Assembly: GCA_018985225.1 (NCBI GenBank) | Contig: JADGIF010000044.1 | Span: forward strand, 1 to 27,728 | DNA from: Amoeboradix gromovi X-113 | Taxonomy: Eukaryota; Fungi; Sanchytriomycota | Direction of reading: 5' to 3' | Length of the DNA: 27,728 nucleotides | Shown here: one piece after another, positions 19,290-27,728 of the stretch | How positions within the stretch are numbered: position 1 is the first letter of the stretch | How the letters are laid out: the number at the start of each line of letters is the position of its first letter | Made by a program: the position numbers and the translations under genes | Notes under the pieces: model-generated | Seen by the model: the letters and a program-made list of their open reading frames with translations, nothing else | Databases searched by the model: none | What the model was told of the DNA's origin: nothing

Positions 19290-19600
19290 TGGGACACCAA
19301 ATATAAAAACTAGACGAACTCGTTTTTAAAGGTGCTCTATACGCAGGAAATGCTATCATTAATAAAAGATCTTCTATTATTCCAATTTTCTTTCATTGAT
19401 TGTATTCCTCTTTTCAAAATAAAACTAGAAGACCTTGCATCTCGTTCAAATATATGAGGTCTTTGAGGATCTAAGCAAAAGGTGCATCTTCTTAGACGGT
19501 ACTCTTTCTAGAGTCATTTTGTAATGTTATACTAACATCATTACTCTTATCTATTTCATTCTCACAGACACTACATTTCTTTGATTTACTGGTGTATGAA
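19290..19600 (-). mobile_element. Family A copy 2: Fanzor1-like 3' fragment plus right end (pseudogenised)
   Basis: SYTSKSKKCSVCENEIDKSNDVSITLQNDSR/KEYRLRRCTFCLDPQRPHIFERDARSSSFILKRG has two CxxC pairs about 25 aa apart followed by RD. 19290-19505 is the reverse complement of 1-219. The upstream boundary is uncertain. Confidence 0.75.
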
Positions 19601-19787
19601 AGAGTAAGAGAATAGCTGTACAGAATATTTATTTTTGAAATTTCGATACAAAAAGTTATTTATTTTCCTTTTATACTCGTCAACTCCGCAACTAGCTGAA
19701 TGTCCACTCGCCTCTTAAATCCATAAATTAATAAAGCTGAAATAATGTTCCAAGTTGTTACAGAAAGTTAGTCCAGTTTTATATTTG

Positions 19788-21600
19788 ATGTCTCATATGT
19801 TTCCTATTTTTTTGACCAACAAAACCCAATTATCCTTAGGGCTGGAATTTAAACCTAATAAAAAGAGGGAACTGTTTACCTTGATACCATATTCAACAAT
19901 CAAGTCGCATATGGAAGAAAATCCTTTAATCTCAGAATTTTTGCCACTAAAAGAAGAACTGAAGGACATAGTAGCTGATCTGGTGCTAATCAAAGACATA
20001 TATTGGACAAGCGGTCAAAATTTTATAATAACCAAAGACCTAACAAGAGGTGAGCCTTTGGTCGAAACTGAGATGATAAATGATGTCAAAGATGTGAAAG
20101 TTCAACAAGAGACAAAGCGTCACATTCGTAGTAGTAAATGGAAGTTGTCATCGGTGCAAGGCTCACCAACTCTTGAAGTCCATAAATTCCAACTATCTGC
20201 CATAAAATCTCAAGTTGTGTTGGATAAGAAGTCATTTATTTTTAACCAGAAACACTGTGGGTCCAAATCTCATGGCATCCAAGTTCAATCGAAGTTCACA
20301 AGTGTTAAAAAAGTCCAGTATGAAAATTCAACTTTATCAGAATCGAAAATACAAAGCATAACCTCAAGCGCAGGATTTTTAGAGTTCTGCAAGCAAGCAG
20401 AATCTGCAATCGAGACAGATTTGCAGTTTCAAAATCTAATAGACGCCACTCGAATTAAAAACTCAGATGTGTTTATAAGCAATAAAGAGAAGTTACTCGA
20501 CTTAACTTCATTTTCACTTGCAGATGATAGCACCGAGCGAAAAATGATTGCAACTTGCGTTAGATTTTTACCTGATAATCATGATAAGATAATATGCTCG
20601 TTTACTTTTTTAAATACATCAAAAGAGGATGAAATCATTTTATGTAAATGGAGCTCAAAAGACATTATCACACCAGAACAACAAGTGTTAGGAAGCATAG
20701 GAGTAACATCTTTTTGCATTTTCTGTAACCTGATAGTTTGTGGATATGAAAATGGATCATTAAAACTCTTTGATAAGGAAACGCTCGTGGAAAAAGAATA
20801 TTTAATTGACAAGCTGAACAAAAAGTCACCCATCGTGTATTTACATTATTTCAATTGGTGGATTACTGCGGTAGCTATGGATTGCTCTATCTCTTATTGG
20901 AAAATCCATGACACCCAAATTAAGTTAATTCACGAGGTAACAGTTACTGATGTAGACAAGTCCGAAGTTCCAATCCGTTTGCTTACATGCTGAGCACTGT
21001 AGCAACAACTTATTCCGTATAACAGAGGATTCTGGACTGGTTTACGATGCACTAGTGAATGATTCCACCACTGTATTTGTTAGTAATCAAATTAAACTAC
21101 CATTTCCAGTATCATTTACTACTGAGCATCCTTCCATCGATTCCTTAGTCTTAAATGGCTCATACCAGCTGTTAACATTTTATTCAGAAAACAAAGAAAT
21201 TCACAGAATATTTCAGAATTGTACATATGTTTGCGGTAAATGGTCTCCAAGCCGAGCTAACATCTTGTATTCGCTTACAAGCGATGGAAGCTTACATGTA
21301 TACGATTTGTTGCAAAACGATGAGCATCCAATCGAAATCAAAGCAGTTACGTCCTCAAGATTAGTAACGATGGATGTGTTGTTGCTAAATTTCAAGCAAT
21401 ATATAGCGATGGCAAGCCAGGACGGGTCCAGCTGTATACTTAAAATACCCCGGGAATTAAGCAAGGCATATCAAACCGATCTAATAGAATTTAAAGCATA
21501 TTTGTTGCGTATGATACAATCTAAAAATGAGCTGGCCCAATTAGAAGATCTACCAGCAAAGCCAGTCGTAAAGTGCAACCCCCATTTATACATCAAATAA
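19788..21600 (+). CDS. WDR63: Axonemal dynein intermediate chain WDR63/DNAI3 (IC140)-like, divergent and shortened (exons 19788-20936 and 20956-21600)
   Basis: Collinear motifs recalled from WDR63: FPIFLTNKTQ, SEFLPLK, GQNF, F....AIETDLQ, TCVRFLP, WSSKD.ITP, GYENGSLKLFD and the dynein-IC WD motif WSPSRANILY...DGSLHVYDLL. AATAAA overlaps the stop. Confidence 0.75.
20937..20955 (+). other. 19-nt intron GTAACAGTTACTGATGTAG
   Basis: GT-AG with CTGAT branch-like motif. Removal fuses the 412-aa and 181-aa track ORFs in frame. Confidence 0.87.
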
Positions 21601-21756
21601 ATGATATGGAACCATTAAGTTTAGATTCTGGCGGGCAAAGACCTTGTTGCCTAACAATTTTTAAAACACATTTTCTTTAACTTACTCGTGTGCAATTTGC
21701 TGAGTTTGTTTTACACTCTCAAGTTGGCAGCGAAAGGATAAGAAGTAAAGGCGGAT

Positions 21757-22455
21757 TTATTCTAGATGAACTTTTAGGTCTTGAAGTATACATAGTAGCT
21801 CTTTCGAAGACAAGCATTGCCAATGTTTCCCGATAATCCATCTTATATCCGTTTTGATGTATTTCGCAAAATTAACAGATTGCCGGGCACTTAGTAAATC
21901 ATCGTCCTTGCTTTGAACAACAGTTATTTTATTCTCGCCAAAGTCAGTCAAAAACGTTGATGGTGATACATGCGAGTAAAGTGCCTCGGAATTTCCAAAA
22001 CATTGTTCTATAAAGTCAATGTAGCTTGGGTACTCATTGATCAGATCAGGTATATCATAAATTCCCTCAATGCAGCATATATGCTTGATCTTGCTAAAGA
22101 CTTTGTATTCAATTTTTTGGCCATAATAATCTTTGATTTCATGTTGTTTTTGTATTGCAAAGAGACAAAGCGCTAATTGGCACCCGCAACTATGCCCGAT
22201 AATAAGTAACTCCTTGCCATATTTTATATGCAGTTTGTTTAGAGCATGTATTAGATCTCGGACCTGCTGTCCCCACTTGATCCCATCGACGCAGAGGCTA
22301 TAACTCGGAATGGCACAATATTTAAAAACGGATGCCACAATTGCTCCAAAAAACTCATATTCAATTGGACTACCTGACCTCCACGCTCCACCATGTAGAA
22401 CTACTGCTAGGATATCGCTCATTTCGGTATCTCCCATTTCTAGCATAAGGGACAT
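21757..22455 (-). CDS. BNA7: Kynurenine formamidase Bna7-like alpha/beta hydrolase
   Basis: HGGAWR oxyanion motif, GHSCG nucleophile, EGIYDIPDLINEYPSY..F, S.DD.LL..RQ and G.H. Confidence 0.82.
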   Translation of the reverse strand: MSLMLEMGDTEMSDILAVVLHGGAWRSGSPIEYEFFGAIVASVFKYCAIPSYSLCVDGIKWGQQVRDLIHALNKLHIKYGKELLIIGHSCGCQLALCLFAIQKQHEIKDYYGQKIEYKVFSKIKHICCIEGIYDIPDLINEYPSYIDFIEQCFGNSEALYSHVSPSTFLTDFGENKITVVQSKDDDLLSARQSVNFAKYIKTDIRWIIGKHWQCLSSKELLCILQDLKVHLE

Positions 22456-22860
22456 GCTCTGTGAATAGTAGAACTAGAGGGGCAGAGTGGATGTCAAAAA
22501 TAAATAGAGATGTGCAGTTGGAGGATGTTTTGTAAGATTAGTATATGGTTACTATTTGTCTCTTTTTACATAGAGTTTTGTTGGCACCATCATCTTCTGG
22601 CATATTTCTTTACAGAGCAGTATGTATATACTGATTATTGAAACTAGCCAAACCAGTCATATTCCCAATCTTATGAACACCAATGAAAACTGATTACACA
22701 GCTTACAAAGAGACTCAAAGTTTATTCATCATAAATGAAGCTTATTCCATTTTTAATTCCACATTTGCATTCATTCCACTAAAGTGGTACTCACGCTTTC
22801 ATTACTCTGAGACTTGACTGCAGGTGAGACTAGAGAATAGTAGTTAAGATTAAAGGGTGT

Positions 22861-23415
22861 TCATTTATTGATAAAGTCTACTGCTTTGTTAAACACCTCT
22901 TCAAGAGATTGAGTGGCATCAATAATACACCACTCCTCAGTTATCAAAGACTTGAATGAATCAGTAACCAATTCCAGAAATTGTTGCTTTTCATAGAGCT
23001 CATCTCCGAAGCCTTTACGAGCCGCGCTGGTTTTTGCTGAGAGATCCAAGTAAATTATTTTGTCGGGAATTATCAATCCTTGTTCCACGTTGGAGCACCA
23101 TTTGCTGTCTATTCCCTGGGCAACACTGTAAGCGATCCCACTATAAATATATCTATCTAAAACAACATCTCGCGTCATTAGCATTGTTTTAATTTCTTCT
23201 TGTAGTTCCCATCTATTGGCTGTGAACAATAAATGCAGCGCTTTTTTATCTTTAATTTCCAATTCTTTTGTTAACACCTTGTTAATTAACTGTCCGATAT
23301 CTGTTGATCTGTTTGGAAATCCTGACTTGTGACATTGGTAATGCGTAGTCAGTCTAGTTACCAAAGTAGATTTACCAGATCGATCGATTCCCTCAACGAC
23401 AATCAGTTTTCCCAT
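22861..23415 (-). CDS. CDC8: Thymidylate kinase
   Basis: P-loop EGIDRSGKST, FPNRST.IGQLI, HLLFTANRWE, DRYIYSGIAYS and GFGDELYE. Confidence 0.95.
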   Translation of the reverse strand: MGKLIVVEGIDRSGKSTLVTRLTTHYQCHKSGFPNRSTDIGQLINKVLTKELEIKDKKALHLLFTANRWELQEEIKTMLMTRDVVLDRYIYSGIAYSVAQGIDSKWCSNVEQGLIIPDKIIYLDLSAKTSAARKGFGDELYEKQQFLELVTDSFKSLITEEWCIIDATQSLEEVFNKAVDFINK

Positions 23416-24277
23416 TGTTAGAATAATTTAAAACGTTTTCTTAACTGTAAAAATAGAAAGCTATCACATCAGAAATTAATAGAAGTAGAAAATTGTAAAG
23501 CTATAATGTATCCAATGAGGCGCCTTTATCATGAACACTCAGAATTGACTTTTCAGTTAGTTATGGCTCTGACACTGCACCCAGAATGAATGCAGAAGTC
23601 TAAACAAGCTGCTATTTCGGATAGCTATGTATGTAGTCTTACTATTAAATTTTGGTATTATGCGTCAAACGGTCTTCAGACTCAACTTCGAACGCATCAC
23701 ACAAAAGGATCCTATACTAGGAACTAACTGATGTCTCTCGTCGCAAGAAATATTCCTGTACCTGACTGTATACATTAAAGAGTCTTTGCTGCTCCTCAAA
23801 AGAGAACATCGTACATGCGAGAGTTTGGTAAAATTAACAAAGTTTACACAGACTCATTAAGCGCGTGAAGGATTTAGGGAAGGCTAGGAGAAGAAGACAT
23901 CAAATGTCCCACAAAGAAGTACTATTTTATGCATTTGCTAGCGCTCAATAAAAGTGAATAATAATCAATTGTCAAGTTAATTAGTCAAAATATGGCTAAA
24001 ATGCTATGTTACTCATTTAAAGAGCGCTTGAAGCTCAAGCGTAAAATGGAAGAAAGGCATTGATGGAGTGTAATGAAACGTGTAGTCCAAAAAGGACAAT
24101 GATCGATGAGTATTTGCTTAAAAATAGTGAACGACCATGTTGGTAGAGAATGATGATGATGCAACTATTAAGCCTAATTCTAGCTAGTGATTTATGTGGT
24201 ACTTCCGTTAAATGTGTTCTATACTTGTACGATGGGTATGCTGAAGTGTGAAGTATAACTAACAATTTATTTTCTAG

Positions 24278-25420
24278 TTATTCTATGTAATCAACTCGTA
24301 TGTTCTTCCATTTAGTTAAACAGCAAAGCAAAACAGTGTCTCCATTGGTGTCTGCATTGTTTAACGCCTCTAGTAGTGTTAGATTCTCGTTGATAATCCT
24401 AAATTTCCAACAGCTTTCTCTTAAACCCATCATATCATAATAGGTATAAATATTACTCAGCTTGTCACATTTAAACATCACTGTATAATGGCTATCATAA
24501 TGGAGTATCCAAATGGGAAATTTGGGCGACTGCAAGCAATTGCCTACCATATGCTCAATTGGAGTTAAAAACCCGATGTCGCTCTGAACGGTCATGCCCT
24601 GAAGCCCCAATTCATCGGCGTCTAGTTGATCTAACGTATCCATGATAGCTCTACCGGTTAGCATTAAATTAACCACACTTTGTGTTCCGTATGCATTTTC
24701 ATCGTTGTCTATTAGGGGACCATTACCGTTAAGGTCTGAGGTAACTGAATCCAAGCCCCTGCTTAAGACACAGCTGTATATAACGGACAGAACAGCATGG
24801 AATGATGTCTTGATTGTGTTGCCTTTGAATAAACTGATGTTTAAAAGAATAAAATCAACCAAGTCAGACATGTCAACCAGTAAATCAAATCTTGCAAACT
24901 CATATATCTCCATGTATTCAGAGATTCCATCGTACTTTTCAATGTTGATGCTGTTATTGTTAAACAGAGCCAACTTGACTATTTGAGAGTTGCTAGCACA
25001 TTTCCATAGCACATCTGCGAGGCCATATGCAAATGCTCTGTATAGCTGGTCATCTGAAGGCTTCAATGAAGGAACCTCGTTTAAGATTTCTACCACGTCA
25101 AAGCACTCAAACTCAGAGAATAATAGATGTTTAAATAAATATGCATTCATACTAGCTAATACCGTGCATGGACCACCCTTCTTCTGCATGAAGCCAAAAT
25201 TGCAATGCCGGTTAACTTGAAAGCCTTTGTTTTTCCAGTTGTTGGGGATTGATCGATTTTCATCACCGAATACGGTTCTTTTCAGAGATTGCAGCTCTTG
25301 CTTGTTAATTGGATATCCCAATACCTTATTAGGAAGAATTTCGGGAGAATGCGGTGCGCTTTTTGACAACTTCAAATTCATAGTTTCAACTCTAAAAGTC
25401 TCCAGAACCTGTAAAACCAT
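24278..25420 (-). CDS. MINDY-3/4 family deubiquitinase (FAM188-like)
   Basis: Q..GGPC.VLA catalytic Cys, TQSVVNLMLTGRA, SDIGFLT and VG..L.SPKFPIWI...SHYTVMF catalytic His. Confidence 0.88.
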   Translation of the reverse strand: MVLQVLETFRVETMNLKLSKSAPHSPEILPNKVLGYPINKQELQSLKRTVFGDENRSIPNNWKNKGFQVNRHCNFGFMQKKGGPCTVLASMNAYLFKHLLFSEFECFDVVEILNEVPSLKPSDDQLYRAFAYGLADVLWKCASNSQIVKLALFNNNSINIEKYDGISEYMEIYEFARFDLLVDMSDLVDFILLNISLFKGNTIKTSFHAVLSVIYSCVLSRGLDSVTSDLNGNGPLIDNDENAYGTQSVVNLMLTGRAIMDTLDQLDADELGLQGMTVQSDIGFLTPIEHMVGNCLQSPKFPIWILHYDSHYTVMFKCDKLSNIYTYYDMMGLRESCWKFRIINENLTLLEALNNADTNGDTVLLCCLTKWKNIRVDYIE

Positions 25421-25939
25421 AACTTCAACTCTTCAGTATCTCTAGAACACGATTATATGATACCGAAATATGCTAGATTCCATAGAATTACATCAATATT
25501 GTCGTGAAAGCTACGGATACTGCATTGCAAGCGATTGAAATGGGATATTATGGTACTCCATCGGGACGTTTTCTTTTTAAAGTTCTTTCTTTTTGTAAGA
25601 GTGCGATTAGTGTGAATTTACTTTTTTCGGTAATCATGATTCTCCATTTTCGTTTTGTAAACACGAGCAATAAGAAGTTGAGCTGTACAATTGTTGTAGA
25701 AGAGAATGGGTTTATTGTACGCAGTAACTACTGCACATCTTCAGAAACTCAAACAAGCAGTGTCTAACATTAGAAACAAACTCTGAGTTTAATAGAATTT
25801 GTAAGGTTTTCTTACTTTTGAATAAGTACTTTAGTACGGTTCATGATTTTCTTTCGGTATCTGCAGAATCTGTCCCATATCTAGAATTCAAAAACCATGT
25901 CCCGATTGTTTCAGTTGGATTTCATCTTTCTCATCCCAG

Positions 25940-26437
25940 ATGCAATTTGAGCAAGCTGCAGAGCTTATGAATGCATGTCCATCAGAAGTACAAATTAGCA
26001 CGGAGGAGAGACTTTTGTTATATGCCTATTTTAAACAAAGCACTTTGGGAGATAACGTAGGAACTAGACCATCGTTTTATCAGGTGGTGGAGCGAGCAAA
26101 ACATGATGCGTACTATGAGCTGAAAGGAACAGACATAGACGAATCAAAGTCTAGATATGTTAAATTAGCAAGAACTATTTTAGAACGCGTAAAACATGAA
26201 TATCCATTAATAGCCCAACAATTAAGCGTGTTATCTCAAGAGACTGAAATAGAAAATAACCATGAGTCCTCAGAAAACCAGAGGAATTTATCTCTTCAGC
26301 TGGTCAACCAAAATAAGTCCCTGACGATTCAGTTGAAATGGCTCAAGAGACTATCCATTGTTCTATTTTTAATAATAGTTTTCCAACTGAAGGTTCCTTT
26401 TAGAAAAATACTCCAAGTTTATTTTAATAAAAAATAA
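25940..26437 (+). CDS. Acyl-CoA-binding domain protein with C-terminal coiled coil and membrane anchor (ACBD4/5-like architecture)
   Basis: F..AA...L.LYAYFKQST.GD...RP......RAK.DAY..LKG ACBP signature and hydrophobic LSIVLFLIIVF tail. Confidence 0.85.
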   Translation: MQFEQAAELMNACPSEVQISTEERLLLYAYFKQSTLGDNVGTRPSFYQVVERAKHDAYYELKGTDIDESKSRYVKLARTILERVKHEYPLIAQQLSVLSQETEIENNHESSENQRNLSLQLVNQNKSLTIQLKWLKRLSIVLFLIIVFQLKVPFRKILQVYFNKK

Positions 26438-26481
26438 TTCAATTTAATTTATCACTTCCTGTCCCGAGTTTGAATCTTCAA

Positions 26482-27556
26482 ATGCCATTTACCAACTTTG
26501 CTGAAGCTTGTAAATACACTCCACCTGGTTTAAAGCTTTTAAAAAAGGTAGGTGAAGGTACATTTGCAGCTGTATACCAATGCGTTCCAACAGATGAAAC
26601 TGAAGAACTGTACAGATTTATCAGCAATCCTAGCTACTGTGCAGCGATTGATTCAAAATACCTTGCTGTAAAGTGTATTTACCAACAATCCGATGAAAAA
26701 AGAATTATGCGTGAAGTTGAGCTCATGTTTAAACTGCGTAATTCTCCAAATGTCATTGATGTACTTGACTTCCATAGATACCAGGACCAGAGCTGTGTAG
26801 TTATGCCATTTGTTAAGTTCCACGAGTTTAAAGATTTTTACAAGAAGATGAACTCCAAAATGGTTAAATCATACATGTTCAGCTTATTGACCAGCCTCAA
26901 AAGTATACATAAACATCTAGTGATTCATAGAGACATAAAACCAAGTAACTTTTTATATAATGTCAAGGCGAAGACTGGCTGCTTGGCCGACTTTGGTCTG
27001 GCGCAAATTGATGAGACAACAAAGAAAAAGAAAAAGCAAGTCTTCACAAAGGAACCCAGTTTGTATGATGTGAACAATGGTACAGTTTATATAGACGACG
27101 CTGAAAGTCGCCCTGCTTTACGAGCGGAGAGAGCGGGAACTCGAGGATTCAGAGCACCGGAAGTGTTGTTAAAGTGGCAGTTCCAGACTACTAAAATAGA
27201 TATATGGTCAGTAGGAGTGGTATTGCTATGCATAATGTCAAAGAGGTACCCGTTCTACCACAGCACCACCGACGATGAGGCTCTATTGGAAATTGCTATG
27301 ATAACAGGAAGTAGGGCCATAAAAGACTTGGGAGCGGTAATTGGTACTTGCACCTAATGTAGGACGATTTGTAGACATCAACACACCACACATAACGGAA
27401 GAAGGCATGGGATGGAGACCAACGATTGAGCTGTTAAATCCGAATTGTTCTTGGACGGATGATTTGTACGATTTATTGAATAAATTATTAACAGTGGAAC
27501 CCCAGCTAAGAATATCTGCAAAAGATGCACTGAAGCTACCTCTGTTCGCTAAATAA
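26482..27556 (+). CDS. CDC7: Cdc7 (DDK) kinase (exons 26482-27343 and 27363-27556)
   Basis: GEGTF..VY, HRDIKPSNFLY, DFGLAQ, RAERAGTRGFRAPEVLLK...QTTKIDIWSVGV and PFY.S..D.EALLEI. Subdomain XI (LL...P.LRISAKDAL..P.F) is in exon 2. Confidence 0.93.
27344..27362 (+). other. 19-nt intron GTACTTGCACCTAATGTAG
   Basis: CTAAT branch-like motif. Removal attaches kinase subdomain XI in frame, whereas the alternative upstream donor (27337) gives a stop within three codons. Confidence 0.9.
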
Positions 27557-27617
27557 ATCAGATTTAATTTAGTTTTTATTAAAGTTTGCAGTATCTGAAT
27601 GAATCGTCAACTGCAAA

Positions 27618-27728
27618 TGGGACACCAAATATAAAAACTACACTAACTCGTCTTTAAAGGAGGTGCACCATACGGAGGAATGCTATCATTAACAAAAGAT
27701 CTTCTATTATACCAATTTTCTTTCATTG
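27618..27728 (-). mobile_element. Family A copy 3: right end, truncated by the window end
   Basis: TGGGACACCAAATATAAAAACTACACTAACTCG... matches 19290 onward and the reverse complement of about 107-219. Confidence 0.85.

Noticed and set aside
19030-19329. 99-aa and 64-aa (6271-6465) track ORFs as standalone genes
   Set aside because: They are Fanzor2 pseudogene fragments reading through the element right end into flanking DNA.
3341-25767. Numerous short antisense or overlapping track ORFs (e.g. 3341-3796, 8724-8951, 9219-9461, 24642-24986) and the isolated 25504-25767 ORF
   Set aside because: Most are shadows of well-supported genes on the opposite strand; none has independent motifs.
1-27728. 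CRISPR arrays, tRNA/rRNA genes, telomeric repeats
   Set aside because: None seen by eye. The repeats are dispersed transposon ends, not regularly spaced arrays.

Overview
AT-rich, extremely compact eukaryotic DNA using the standard genetic code. The gene set is fungus-like (Rad14/XPA, Mam33, PacC-type zinc finger, Aat2, Kex1, Ubc9, Pcp1/PARL rhomboid, PPWD1 cyclophilin, Bna7, Cdc8, MINDY, ACBP, Cdc7, 7TM-RGS) and includes a flagellar dynein subunit (WDR63/DNAI3-like), so I infer an early-diverging zoosporic fungus or close relative. The ORF track misses two main things. (1) Six genes contain only 19-20-nt spliceosomal introns of fixed architecture (GTANTT...A-Y-N-TAG, candidate branch A always 6 nt from the 3' end, no G at +5). 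Splicing them restores the reading frames and, in the rhomboid, the catalytic His. (2) There are five remnants of two unrelated TnpB/Fanzor-type RNA-guided nuclease transposon families. Family B is an internally deleted IS607/Fanzor2-like element (about 6288-6895 minus and 18682-19280 plus) with left end, tnpA HTH stub, Fanzor2 3' fragment and a structured right end finishing in GG. Family A is a Fanzor1-like 3' end with a terminal hairpin (1-219, about 19290-19600, 27618-27728). One A and one B copy lie tail-to-tail 9 bp apart, and both window ends fall inside family A. No intact nuclease gene is visible. All identifications come from manual reading and remembered motifs; no searches were run.
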